64,000 nt of DNA. Source: Rebecca billardiae RCC1528 (taxonomy: Eukaryota; Protista; Haptophyta). Under the pieces are notes generated by a model. It searched no databases. It saw only the letters and a program-made list of their open reading frames with translations, and was not told where the DNA came from. Below are positions 1 through 12,752 of the stretch, one piece after another. The stretch is taken from contig OZ251230.1 of NCBI GenBank assembly GCA_965240325.2, forward strand, positions 930,001 to 994,000. The letters are read 5' to 3'. A program made the position numbers and the translations under genes. How positions within the stretch are numbered: position 1 is the stretch's first letter; every line of letters starts with the position of its first letter.

Positions 1-149
1 AGACAGCCAGCAGTCCAGGATGACTATGACAGTAGCTAGTGACGATATGATGCTGCGCTGCTGAGTCTGTCGTCTATACTACGACGCGCGGATGCGCATA
101 AATGCGCACGACATCAAACATGTTGTCATCCGATGTTGTCGCGTCTGAT

Positions 150-1709
150 ATGACCGCGTTCCGCGGTCCTCTTCCGTCAGAACCAACGTAGTTGGGGGCC
201 CGCGGTGCAGAGTCTGTCTGTGCCGGCCGTCTGACAGTCTGTGCGGTGTGCCACCCGCTCCGTCCGACCACCACGGACACTCACACAGCCGGCGGCGTCG
301 CCCCGGAGTCGCATATCGGCCACTAACCTCGCCATCGTCGCGCGGACTCGCCGCTCGCAGATCAGCCTGTGGCTCTCGTGTCAGGCAGTCAGGCATCCGT
401 CGTGCCCATCAGCGCCAGAGCTGGCTCTCAGTCACTGAGTGAGTGAGAGCCGCCGCTCACGGTCAGCGCGCAGTCCGAGCTCCGAGCTCGCGCGCGAAAC
501 GCCCGCCCATGCGCCAGTCAAGCCGTCGAGACTCGAGACAGCTCGGATGCGGCGGACGAGAGCAAAAAGGATGTGCGCGTGGTCCAGCTCGTGCTGCGAC
601 TCGGACTCGCCCAGTCTCGTCGCCCGCAGATCTGCGCGCGCTGCTTGCCGCGCCGCTGCATCATGTCCAGCCAGAGGCTCCAGTCAGTCAGCACGCCGCA
701 CGCGGATGAGCCATCACAGCTCGGCCATGGACGGCGCGAGCGAGGGCTTGGGCGAGCGAGATGGCCGTGGTGGCTGCTCCACATCCCGACAAAACGTCCA
801 AGACTACCCGCTCGCACCACGCCGACTGGATCAGGCGAAGGCTCCGCACTGCAGATCAGGCTCGGCGAGACTGACGCGGCTGAACCGCGACGTCCTCGCG
901 ACCGCCCGCGCTTGAACATGCCGAGAGTTCAGCTGCGCGGCGTGCGGCGTGGCGCGCGCGGGCGCGCGCATGGATTCACGCGTTAGGATGCCCCGCGGTC
1001 TCCTCCTCGTACCGTCGCCGACTGCTCTCCGCGCGCGAGCGTCGACATCGATTCGTGTCCGCGGTCCGGTGCTCGGTTGGAAACCGCACTGACTGGGCCG
1101 AAGAGGGATCGGCAGGGCGGGGCGCGCGGGGTGAGCGGGCACGAAAGCGACGCTGACGACCGTCGGGATACCCGCCGCAGCAGCGCGCACCTGCGCTGAG
1201 TCCGTCGGATTGAACGATCGTGCGCTGCCGCAGCGGGCCGCCCCTCGGCCTCCGTTCGCTTTCGTTCGGCTGTGCTGGCAGTCCTTGGCCGAGGCGGCGA
1301 GGCGACGACTCCAGCGGATAGCTGCGGCGGGTATTTTCAATCTCTCGCACTATTGGAGTTGGTTGGACGATTATGTCAACGGTCGTTCTTGGCATCTTGC
1401 AGCGGCGAGGCCATATTATTTTACTATGGTCACACTACATTAAGGAGAGTCTACCCACAATTACCCTGCCTCGCACACTTGGGCGCGGGTTTCGTTGATT
1501 CCTCTGTTCACTATTCAAGACGGCGGACGCGCCCTTTTTCGACGAGGATGCACCTGTAAGGGAGTCTCAAAATTCGAAACTCGGTCTCCTCCAGCCCTGA
1601 AAATCGTCCCCCGTCCCTTTTTTCTTTGATCAAAGATCTTTTTGAAACGTGGTTCGGGCCCGCTGGTGCGGGCTCCACGCTGCGCGCTCCGCCCTGCACC
1701 GCGGGCCAT
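150..1709 (-). mobile_element. Non-autonomous element family A, copy 1 (Helitron2/Helentron-like end structure)
   Basis: Colinear homolog at 38846-40385 with the same two ends. A 14-bp inverted repeat GGCCCGCGGTGCAG (197-210) / CTGCACCGCGGGCC (1694-1707) is placed asymmetrically. Hairpins GACCGCG-ttc-CGCGGTC (152-168) and CCAAC-gta-GTTGG (183-195) lie at one end. AT borders both ends. Strand is by convention (hairpin at 3'). Confidence 0.75.
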
Positions 1710-1860
1710 CAGCATCAGCAGCGCAGACGGCGATGACCGTATATATCGATATATATACGTACTGATGTAGTGAGCTATATATACGACGCATGCGACGCAC
1801 GACTGCTGCTAGATGATGACGCGACATGAAGTAGTCATCCGACGCACGGCGGGCAGCGCC

Positions 1861-4314
1861 TCAGCACGCAGTGCGCGTGCTACTGCCGCTGCTGCTCGGA
1901 GGCCGTGCACAGCAGCGCGCGAGCTGCTCGAGAGCGCGCAGCTCTGCGCCCAGGCCGGGCGCATGCTGCGAGTCCTCCCGCTCGAGGAGGTCGGCCACCA
2001 CCACGCGGAGCCGGCCCACGCCGCCGTCGGGAGCCCCGCCGCGCCGCTCGGTGCACAGCGCGCGCTGCGTCTCCGCCCACGCGCTCAGCAGGAAGTGGCC
2101 CTCCGCGCGCGCCTGCTGCGCGCGCGCGAGCTCGCGCTCGAGACGGTGCCGCGCGGCCGCGGCCACGGCCGTGCGCGTCGGGGTCGGCGCGCCCGCCGAG
2201 GAGCTCGCGGGCAGCGGCGAGACGTGGAGCGGGGCAGGCTGCGCCGAGGCGGGCGGCTGCTCGGCTGGGCGCGTCGCCGCCGCCTCCGCCGCGCTCCCCT
2301 CGGCAGAAGCGGCGCCGGCGCGAGCGGGCGCGCGCGCGCCGCCGTGGCCGAGCGCGGCGTCGGGCAGGGCCGTCACAGCCGGCGGCGCGGCGGCGCCGCG
2401 CTCCGAATCGGCCGGGGACGCGACGGTGCCGCCGGCCTGGGAGCCCGCTGGGTCGGGCGCGCGCGCAGCGCTTCGCAGCCCGCCGCCCGGCGTGGCGTCG
2501 AGCGGGCGCGGAGCGGGCGCCGCCGGGCTCTCGGGCGGCGGGCTCGGCGGCTGGGTCGGCGGCGCGCTGGGCGGCGCCGATTCGAGCGCGCCGCGCGCGC
2601 CGCTGGCCTGGAGGCCTGTGAGCCTGTGCAGCGCGCCATGCAGATTCGACCGGAGCTCGCGGTGCGCGGCCTGCCGCGCGGAGGGCGGCGCGGGACGCGC
2701 GGGCGGGCCGGCGCGACTCGCGCTGAGCGACGCTGGCCGCTGCGTGCGCGGCCCCACGGCCGGCCCTGCCAAGTGGCGGCCGCGCGTGCGCGTGCGCGCG
2801 CGCAGCGCGCTCGCGCGGCGCGCGCGGCGCGCGCGGCGCGGCCAGCATGCGCGTGCGCGGCGGTGCGGCGCACCTCGAGCTGGCGCGCGTGCGCGGCGCG
2901 CTCGAGCAGCGAGTCGTGCGCGTGCAGCCACGCGCGCTGCCGCTCCACGTACACCGCCTCGAGGCAGCGGCTTCGGAGGGCCAGCTCGCCGAGCGCGTAG
3001 CGCGCGTGGCCGAGGCAGGCGCGCGCCTCGGCCGCGTCGGCGCGCGCGGCGCGCGGCGCGGGGCGCGCGCGGCGGGGCGGACGCTCGCGCGAGCCGAGCA
3101 GCCCGCCCTCGCCGTGCGCCGCCTCGCCTACCGCCGCCGCCTCGCGCACCGCCGCGCCCAGCGCCGCGTGGGCGCGGCGCAGCGCCGCGCTCAGCTCGCG
3201 CGCCGCGGCCGCGCGCGAGCGCGCGCACGCTGCCACGGCCGCAATCGCGGCGGCCTCGCGCGCAATGAGCAGGGGCTCGACCGGCGTGAGCAGCGCGCCA
3301 GCGCAGCCGTCCGCCGCGCGCGCCGGCGCCTCCGCGCGCCACGCGCCGCCGAGCGCCGCGCAGCGCACCAGCCGCGCCAGCGCCGCGCCCGTGCGCTCGG
3401 CCGCGCGCGCGTGCGCGGCGCTTGCAAAGTCGAGCGCTCCCCGAGCGCCCTCCCAGCGCGCGCGCGCGGACGCGGAGGCGCCGGCGTCCGACGGGGCCGG
3501 CTGCGCGCGCCCCGGCCAGGTGCGCGGCAGCGCGGCGGCCTGCGACTGCGCGCCCTGTGCCCACGGCCCCGCACCGTCGCGCCGCGCGCCGGAGCGCTGG
3601 CCGCCGTCCGCGCTGTCGGCCGCCGCCGCCGCGGGCGCGGCGCTGGCGGCGGCGCGGCGCGGCTGTGGCGCGCTTGTGCCGAGTAGAAAGTGAAGCACAC
3701 CGCCCACGCGCGGCGCGCACGCGCGCCACAGCCGCTCCGGCGCGTTCGCCCGGCCCGTCGCCGCGCCGCGCCCCTGCAGCTCCGCCTCTGTCGCCTTGAG
3801 AGCGAGCAGCGCGGACGTGACGAAATAGCCGCCGCCGCCGTGGGCGAGGCCGCCGCGCGCGCTCAGGTGTGCGTCGAGAGCGCTGAGCTCGGCGATTGGC
3901 CGGCGCAGCCGCGCGCGGATCACGACGAGCTGGAGCAGCGGCAGCAGCCGGTCTGCGGAGAGCTGCGCGGGCGCAGCGCCGCGCGGCGTGGCCGTGCGCC
4001 CGGCGGGCGGCGAGGCCGCCGCCGCCGCGGCGGCGGCGGCGGCTGTGGGCGCGTCCGCGCCCCCTACGGCCCCTGCCGCTGCGCACGCCTCCGCCCCGTC
4101 CGCCCAGCCACCGATCTCTCTCTCGAGCTGCGCATACGCGCGCACGACCGCGGCGACCTTTGCGGACGGGGTGGGCGCGCGCCGCACAGCCTCGAGCGCG
4201 CGCACGGCGCCGCTGAGCAGCGCGCGGGGGCGAGGGGTGCCGTCGGGCGTGCACCCTCGCCCATCGAGCTCGCGCGCGCGGCCGGCCGCGCGCGCGGGTG
4301 TGGTAGTGGTGGGC

Positions 4315-4346
<32 letters not shown>

Positions 4347-5595
4347 TTGCTCGGCGCGCGCCAGGGCGGTGTCTGCGAGGGCGCGGAGTGGGGTGCGCGC
4401 GTCGTGCGCCGCGGCCGCGCTCGGCCACGCACCGGCCGCGCCCGCGCCCGCCGTCGACGCCCCCGCCCCCGCCGAGCCACGCGCCGAGCGCGCGCCGCCG
4501 CCCCGGCCGGAGGCGCCGGCCGCGCGCTCCGCACCTGAAGGGGCGAGCTGAGCGCCGGCCGCGTCCGGCGCGGCGGGCGGTGGCGTGGCGGCGCGCGGCT
4601 CGAGCGGCCCGGCGGCGGTGTCCGCGGCGAGCGTCTCCGCCTCGCCCAGCACGCCGAGCGCGCGCGCGAGCTCCGCGTCCGACGCGTGCTCGCGCAGCGC
4701 GCGCAAGTCGCGTGCAACCAGCCAGTCAGCGGCCGAGTGCTGCGCCACGTGCGCGGACGCGATGGCACGGCGCGCGCCGCGCGCGAACGTGCTCTCGACG
4801 GCGGAGGCCCAGGGCACGGCCGCGGCGGAGGGCTCGGCGGGGCCGGGCGCGAGCGCCGCGCACACCGCCTCCACCCAGCGCGCGCTCGCATCCGCCACCT
4901 CCGCGCCCGCGCCGCCGCCGCCGCCGAGCGCGGCCGCCGGGCCGCTGGTCGGGGCGGGGCTCCCCGCGCTGCCGCAGCCCGCGGCCGGGTGCGGCTCGCC
5001 GCCGCCGCCGCCGCCGTGCCGGCGGGGCGACGGGGCGCTGAGCGGCGAGCCGAGCGAGGGCGCGGGGCTCGCGTCGAGCCCGCGCGCGCCCACGCCAGCC
5101 CCCAGCCCGCCGCCGCCCGCCGCCCCCTGCGCCAGCTCGGGGAAGCGCAGCGCACACGCCTCGAGCACAGCGCTGATGTCGAGTGTCGCGTGCGCGGCCG
5201 TGCGCGCGTACGCGTGCTGCGCGCCGAGCGGGTGCGCGGCGCACGCGCGGTGCCACGCGCGGATCGTGCGGCGCAGCGCGCGCAGCAGCGCGCCCGCCTC
5301 CGCCGAGCCCAGCACGCCCGACAGCCCGTACATCAGGCAGCGCGCGGGCGCGTGCGCGCGCGCGCCCAAGCGCCACGCTGCCGCGCCGCCGCCGGCCGCG
5401 CCGCCGGCCGCGCCCGGCGCTTGCTGCGGCGCGCTGAGCTCCAGCCGCCCGACCTCGTCCTCGCGCGCGTGCTCGCACACGATCAGCGTGCCGCCGCCCA
5501 GCGCGGGCGCGGCGCGGCGCGCGCGGCGCCCACGCCCGTCCGCGCCGCCCCCTTCGCCGCGCTCAGCCTCGTCACTGCCAGAGCGGCGCGGCGCT

Positions 5596-5641
<46 letters not shown>

Positions 5642-6981
5642 TGCCGCCGCCGCTGCCGCCGCCGCTGCCGCTGCCGCTGCCGCTGCCGCTGCCGCTGCCG
5701 CTGCCGCTGCCGCTGCCGCTGCCGCCGGCGTCTGAGCAGCCGCTGGCGTCAGAGTCGGAGCTGCCGCTGGCGTCGGCGTCGGAGTCGTCGCTGCCCTCGT
5801 CGGCATCGCCCGCCTCCACGCCGCCGCCGCCGAGCATGAGCGTGATCACGGCTGGCCCGTCCAGCAAGCCGCGGCGCCACACGCCCGCGCACCGCTCCCC
5901 GCCTGGGCGCGTGCGCACGCCCACGCCCTCAGGCCGCCCCGCGCGGAAGCCGCCGACGTACGAGAGGAGCGGCGGGCGCGCGGGGCTCGCGGGCGCGCGG
6001 CACGCTGCGCCGCGCCCGCGCCGCGCCGAGCGCTCCGGCTGTGCTGCCGACGGCGCGCCGCGCGCCGCGCCGTGCGTGAGCGCGCCTTGGCCGTGCGGCA
6101 GACCATGCGCCCAGCCGCCCGAGTAGACGGAGCCGTCCGCGTACACGCACGTGCCGTGGCCGTGGCGCTGGCCGTCGCGCCAGCCGCCCGTGTACACCGA
6201 GCCGTCCGCGAGCGTGACTGCGCGGCGCGCGCGCGGCGGAGCCGGCGGCGCGGCGGCCGCGGCGAGGGCGGCGCGCGCCGCGCGCGCCGTCGGCGGGCCA
6301 AGGCTCTCGGCGTGGGCGCCGTGCGTGTCGGCGGCGCTCGCGGGCCGCGCGGCCGCGCGCAGCGCCGCGGTCGCGGCGCACAGCTGGCCGTGCCAGTCGT
6401 CCAGCGTCGGCTTGTCCGGCAGCGTCAGGAAGAAGATGGCCTCGCCGCCGCCGCTGCCGCCGTAGCCGCCGCCGACGCCGCCGGGCGCGCCGCCGCTCGC
6501 GACACCGCCGCTGCTAACGGCCACGCGCGCCGCGGGGCACTGCTGCGCGCACGCCGCGAGCAGCTCGTCCGGCGCGGCGCCAGACGCGGCCGCGCCCGCG
6601 TGCAGCGCGCGGATGTGCAGGGAGGGCGGCGCGCCCGCGGCGCCCGCCGAGCCGCCGCCGCCGTCCGCTCCGCTGCCGCCGCGCCACGCCGTCGCACACG
6701 AGGGCGCCGGCGCCCCGTACACGTCAACGATGCTGGCGAGCGCCACGCACGCGCCCACCGTCCACTGCGGCAGCGGCGGCGGCGGCGGCGGCGCGGGCGG
6801 TTGCGGCGGCGTGGGAGACGCGGCGCAGCCCGCGGCGGCGGCGGCGGCGGCGGCGGCGCCGAGGGCGCCGCCACCGCCCGCCGAGGCGGTGGCGCTGCCG
6901 GCCGCGGCCGCCGCGGCCGACGCCACCGCAGCGACGCCCGCGGCGGCGAGCGCGCTCGCTCGCGGCTGCTGCGGCTGCTGC

Positions 6982-7017
<36 letters not shown>

Positions 7018-10000
7018 GGCGGCTGCTGCTGCTGCGGCGGCGGCGGCAGCGCCCTCGGCGCGGCGGCTGCTCGCTCGAGCTGGACGAGGCAGTCTGAGAG
7101 CAGCAGCACGACGCGCTCTGCCCGCGCGGCCTCTGCCGGGGGCGGGCGGCCGCACGCGCCGCCGCACGCTGCGCCGTGCTCCGCCTCCGCCGCCGAGCCG
7201 GCGTGCGCGGCGCGGCGGGCGAGCGCGCGCGTGCGCGAGGCCGGGCCGGGCTCTGCAGCCCCGGGGCCGCCGCCGTGCAGCGAGGCGCGCGCGGACTGCA
7301 CGCGCGCCAGCCGCGCGCTCGGGTGCACGCAGTAGCGGAGCAGCTGCCGCGCTGGGCTGAAGATGAGCGCCGCCGCCGCGTCCTCCGCGCCCGCGCAGCA
7401 GCGCAGCACGCCCACCAGCTGCTGGACTCGCTGCCGCGCGCTCGCCTGCGCCAGCACCTTCTCCGCCGCCTCGCGCACGGCGCACATGGCGCGCCACGCG
7501 CAGCAGCAGTGCGCGCCGGGGCGCGCGGCGCGCGCGGGCGCGTGCGCCGCCGGGTCGGCCACGCAGCAGATCGAGTCGGCCGCCAGCAGCCGCAGCAGTC
7601 GCTCGCTGAGCGGAGGGTGGCCGCTCGCAACCGTCGCCGCCTCCACGGCCGCGTGCGCGCGCGCGCAGCCGCCGCATCCTCCGCCGCCGGGCGCGCAGCC
7701 GCCAGCCCGCTCGTGCGGCTCGGCGCCGAGCGCACGCGCGCCTCCAGTGGCCGAGGGATGTCCGGCCGCCGCCGCCGCCCCGACCGCGCCCCCTGGCGGT
7801 GCGGACGGCGTGAGTACGGCCGAGCCGCGCGCGTCGACGCCGGCCGCGCGGCAGCCGCCGCGCTCGGCCGCGCCCCACCCGGCGCCGCCGGCAGCGTCGC
7901 GCGCCGCCCCGCCCGCGGGCGCGTCCTCTGCCCCTGCCTCGGTGGCGGTCAGGAGGAGGCCCCGCTGCAGCGCGATCGGCCCAGCCTCCTCCGCCTCGCA
8001 CGCCCCCGGCTCCGGCGCCACCGGCGCGAGCGCGGCCGGCCGGACTGGCTGCGCCGGTACCGGACCGGCCGGCTGCGGCGCACCCCCGGCCGCACGCGCG
8101 TCTACGTGAGCGGCTGCGCGGCCGGCGCGCTCGGGCACCGGGGCCGTCGCCGAGGTCCGCGGCTCGAGCTGCGCCGACTCGCCGGGCGCGTGCGGCGCCT
8201 CTGCGAGCGGGGCGCGTGCAGCCGCGTCGTGCCGCGCCGCGTCGGCGCCAAAGTCCAGCTGCCGCGGCTGCTGCCCTGGCTGCCCTGCGGCGCGCAGCCA
8301 CTCGGCGTCGGCGGCGGCGCCATCGGCCTGCGCTGGCGGCGCGCCGGCAGCAGCAGGCGCGCGCGCGCCGTCTGGGGCCGTGCCGTGCGCGCCGCCCGCC
8401 GAGCGCGCGCTCGGCGGAGCGTGCGCCGCGCCCGCCGCGGCACCCGTGCCGGTGCCCTCGCCATGCCCGCCCGCGGGCCCCGCCGCGCCGCCGCCCGCCG
8501 CGCTCGCGCGCGGCGCAGCCGGCTGCGCGGCCGACGCCGCGTGCGGCGTGTGCGCGTGCGGCGTGTGCTGCAAGTACGGCGCCCAGTCCGACGGCGGCGC
8601 CGCGTCCGCGGCCAGGCTGAAGCGGTGGGCAAAGGCGAGGAGCAGCGGGTACTGGCCGAGCCGCTTCCACGGCAGCAGCAGCAGCTCCTCCACCGAGCGC
8701 GCACACGACGCATCCGCGAGCGGCGGCGGCGCCGCCGCCGCCCGGCCGGGCGCGGGCGACGCGCGCGCGGCGCCGGCGTGCGCGCCGCCGGCGTCGGGGG
8801 CGAGCGCAGCGCTCGCCGCAGCTGGCGACGGCGGCGGCGCGGCCAAGGGTGTGCTGTGCCCGGCCGTCCCCGCGCGCTCCTCCTCGCTCTCGCCCGAGCT
8901 CTCCTCGGCCGACGAGTTTGGCGAGCCCGCAAGATCCGCAGCGGGCGGCGCGCCGGGCGGCGCGCGCTCCGGTGTCGGCGGCAGGCCGTGGCGCGAGGGT
9001 GCCGCCGAGCGCGCGCGCGCGCGGCGCGAGAGCCGCAGCCGCCTGCGCCACGCGTGCACACGCGCCACGTCGCAGCACTGCAAGAAGTGCGCGCCCTCGC
9101 GCAGCAGCGAGACGGTCGCGGGGTGCAGCAGCAGCTCCTGCAGCTGCGAGTGCAGGCTGCCCAGGAAGCGGTGCAGCTCGGTGTCGAGGAAGGCGCGCGC
9201 GAGGCCGTGCACCGCCAGGGGCGTCGGGAGCGCGCGCGCCGGCGGCTGCTGCGCGGGCGCGCGGGCGTCCGGGCTGGCGGGCTCGAAGACGGCCGAGCCC
9301 GCCCCGCGCGCGTGCACCGCCACCGCCAGCCGCACGCACAGCACCTCGTGGTGCGCCGCGAGCGCCGAGAGCGCGTGCACGAGCGCTCGCAGCTGCCGAT
9401 CCATCTGCCCCGCGTCTGGGAAGTGCGTCTCCGGCCGCGGCGACGCGACCGTGCTGCCTGGGCCGCGGGAGGGCGGCGCGGGGCTCTCCTCGCCGGCGGG
9501 AAGGGGCGTCGTGCCCGCGGGCGTGCCGGCCGGCTCGCCCTCGGCGTGCGCGACGGCCGCCTCGCTCGACGCCGACGGCGGGCACACGCTGAGCTCCCGC
9601 GGACGCGACGCGTCTGCGCCCGCGCGCGCGCACGCGGCGGGGCGCTCGGCTCCGCGCAGCGGGGAGGCGGCGAGCGGGGCGTGCCGGCTGCCGGGGTCGG
9701 GCTCGGCCGAGGCCGCGGCCGCTGCCGCGGCCACCGCGGCGATGGCGAGCCCGCCCGAGCCGCTCGCCGCCACCTGCTGCGCGCGCGTGCTCCCCCCGCC
9801 TCCACCGTCCCTCCGCGCGCCGAGCGGCGAGCACTCGGCAGCCGCGCGCGCGAGCGGGTAGGACCAGGAGTGCGAGCGCCTGTGCTGCAGCGCGCGCGCG
9901 GCGACCGCGCGCACGCCGCTCCGCTCGACCGCCGCCAGCGCCGCCCGGCCCGGCGAGACGCCGCCCGCGCCGAAGGATCCGCCCTGCCCGTCGGCGGCGG

Positions 10001-11387
10001 GCTCGGCGGTGGCCAAGCCCGCGGCGCCGGCGCCGCGCGCGGCCGGAGCGCGGCGCGCCCACCACGCAGGAGCCTCGGCGCCGTCGGCTGCGGCCTCAGC
10101 GCGCGCGGGCGAGGGCTCGTCCTCCCTGCCGCCGCGCGACGCGCTCGCGTCCGCCGACGCCGCCACGTGCAGCTGCAGCGGCAGCAAGTAGCTCCCAAGT
10201 AGCGTGTGCATCGCCGCGACGAAGGGGCGCTCTGTCGCCAGCAGCTCGCGCAGCGCGCAGTTGCGCGAGCGCAGCGCGCCCTCGGTGAGCGCGAGCCAGC
10301 GGCACGGGCGCGCGTCCGCGGCGGCGGCGTGCGCGAGCGGCGGCGGGCTGCTCCCCGCGGCGGGCACGCGCACGCACAGCGCGGCGATGCCGCACGCGCG
10401 CAGCGCGCACACGCGCCCCTCCCAGCGGACCAGAGCCCCGGCGGAGCCCCACAGCCAGGCCTCGCCGCAGAAGCGGAGGGAGGAGGAGGTGTCCGTGAGC
10501 GCGAGCGTGAAGCCGTCGCCGCACACCGCGTGCGCGATCGCGCGCCCGTCCAGCTCGAGCTCGCGCGGCCGCGCCACGCGCTCGCCGAGCCGCGCCCCCA
10601 GCTGTCCGCTCTCGGCGCGGCCCCACGCGTGCACGGCGCCGCTGGCGCAGCAGGCGAGCGCGTGCGTGGACGAGAGCGAGAGCGAGAGCACGCCCGCGTC
10701 GCGGAGGGCGCGCAGCTCGATGGGCGCGTGCGCCACCCCGCCGCCCGCCTCGTGCCCCAGCTGCGGCCCGCGGCCCCACGTGAACACGCGGCTCTGCCAC
10801 CGGCCCGTGTCCACGCGCCTCCGCTGCAGCACGACTGCCGAGGCGTGCCCGCCCGCCGCGACGTGCAGCGCGCGCCACGCGCCGCGATCGCCGCCGGGTG
10901 GCAGGGCCGGGTGGCCGCACACGCGCTGGGACTCGCCGAGCCCGAGCTCGGGGCCCGGCGCCTCGCCGAACGCGAGCACGCGCGCGTCGGCGCAGCGCGC
11001 GAGCACGTGCGACCAGCCGCACGCGAGCTGCGCCACGGCCACCCCGGCGGCGGGTGGCGCGCGCACGGGCTGGAAGGCCGCGAACGTGCTCGCGGATACG
11101 ACCACGCCCGTGTCGAGCGCAGCCTCGACCACGCGCTGGCCCGCGGCGGTCAGCGCGTACAAGCGGCGGCCGTCGCCGCGCGCGGCGAGCGCGCTCAGCG
11201 GCTCCTCGAGCGCCACCGACGTGGCCGCCCCTGTGCCCACGTCCAGCACGCGCAGGATGCCGTCGCCGAGGAGAACCGTGTGCTCCCCCACGGCCACGAC
11301 CGCGCAGACGTCGTCCGTGGGCAGTGGGCGCCTCGAGCATGCCGGCCGAAGGCCGTCATACTCGGCGACGCCCACCGAGGCCGCCAT
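1861..11387 (-). CDS. ALS2: Alsin (ALS2)-like Rab5/Rac GEF: RCC1 repeats + DH(RhoGEF) + PH + MORN + VPS9, ~3100 aa, at least one intron (2671-2873)
   Basis: RCC1 motifs: LACGWSHVLA, VFTWGRGPQLG, VHAWGRAESGQLG, VCGDGFTLAL. DH: LRELLATERPFV...LLLPWKRLGQYPLLL. PH: VLLLSDCLV...DDWHGQL. MORN: YTGGWRDGQRHGHG, YSGGWAHGLPHGQG. VPS9: SADRLLPLLQLVVIRA...GYFVTS. A phase-0 GTGCGC..GCAG intron joins RQLE|AAHRELR and reaches the stop at 1861. Confidence 0.85.
5598..5726. repeat. Coding (GCC)n/(GCCGCT)n microsatellite encoding a Gly/Gly-Ser linker in the alsin-like protein
   Basis: Directly visible tri- and hexanucleotide run. A (CTG)n poly-Gln run also occurs at ~6965-7035. Confidence 0.95.
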
Positions 11388-11567
11388 TGATCGGCTTCCC
11401 GTTCGCGTTGACTGCGGGGCGTTTTTTTCCGGCCGAAAAACAATCGTGGATGCCGATGCAGACCAGGCTATGCTCTGCCACCAGCGCCGACTTCGTGTCG
11501 ACGATCGGGCACTGCCGACGACGAATCAGGAGACCTGCGCCGTCCTACCTGTGTCGTTAAATCATAG

Positions 11568-12572
11568 AATGAGTCAGACGAGCAGGATGGCCAGCCAGCC
11601 GGGCGGGACGGCAGCTACAAGGTGGGAAGCTTACACTCTACCATCGTCAGCGTCACCACCCACATCCACCACAAGCGCCTCGAGCTAGCTACAGCTGGGA
11701 CGGAGGGCCGCCAGCGCCGGTACGACCTCGCGCACTTCCTCACCGCTCTCCGCCGCGGCCGCCTCACAGGGGGAGCGAGCCCCAGAGATGGGCAGACCCA
11801 GGGATCGTCCGCCAGCGGCCCAAGACTCACACCCTCCCCTGACCGAACACAGGGCCCCCGACCCCCATCAAGCAGCCAGGAGGGCCCAGCAGGGGGGCGC
11901 CAGCCCCCGGCCGGCAGCAGGGCCCCTCCACCCCCTGGCCCACTGGCCCAGCAGGAACCTGGCCAACAGGCCCTCAATGCCTACTATGCAGCAGCTGAAC
12001 TGCAGGATGCTGACGTCGATGGCACTGGTGCCAACTGCGGGTTCCTTGCGGTACTGGGCGTCACCCGCGCAGGGGCCCGCGAAGACCCAGCAGGGGCAAC
12101 CAGGAGCGCCCAGGCACTGAGGCAAGCCACCGTACAGCACGCCCTGTCCCTGAGTGCGCAGCACCAGGGGGTCCTGGCGGCCGCAGTGGCCCTCCAGCCG
12201 GCCCACCTCGAGCCCGATGGGAGCGCACAGAGGGCAGCAGCAGCGGCTGCCACCCTGGGCACGGTTCGAGAGGCTGGCACCCCGTTGGCAGATGCACTCC
12301 TCCCCTGTGTGGCAGCAGGGGCGAACACCACAGTCGTCCTGGTCACCAGAGACCCTCACACCGGCGCCCCTCTTCGTATGGTCCAGGTCTTCCACAGCCC
12401 AGGCTCCCCCCAGTACAACCGGCACGACCCGCTGCACATTGAGGTGCTACCCTGGCCCCAAGTGGCCACCAGGCTGGCAGCGGGCGCACTCGGACAGACC
12501 AGGGTCATCTCTCACTGGAGAGGCCATTACAGGACCACAGTCCCAAGGGCACTGCCAGGTCAGGCCCACTGA
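11568..12572 (+). pseudogene. 5'-truncated ORF ending in an OTU-like cysteine protease (deubiquitinase) domain
   Basis: DVDGTGANCGFLAV (Cys codon 12036), ALRQATV helix, GTPLADALL..VA..ANTTVVLV, and ISHWRGHY (His codon 12525) follow OTU motif order. The frame is open from 11568 with no ATG upstream of the domain. Confidence 0.65.
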
Positions 12573-12752
12573 GGCCACGGGCCCGCAGGCAGGACTCAGG
12601 CTGGCCAGAGGCCCCTGCTGGGGAGGGTGGGGGAACTGCCCAAGCGCCGGGGGGGGGGGGGGGGGGGGGAGGAGGAGGACGAGCTCAACCAGAACCACCA
12701 GGCCCAGCAGAGACACGACCATCCCCCACAAGTACCGGAACCAGTCCCCGAC

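Noticed and set aside
6724-10202. 1000+ aa overlapping and antisense ORFs (also 17430-20093, 43477-45822, 50516-52774)
   Set aside because: These are Arg/Ala/Gly-rich shadow frames expected at this GC content. The real genes occupy other frames.
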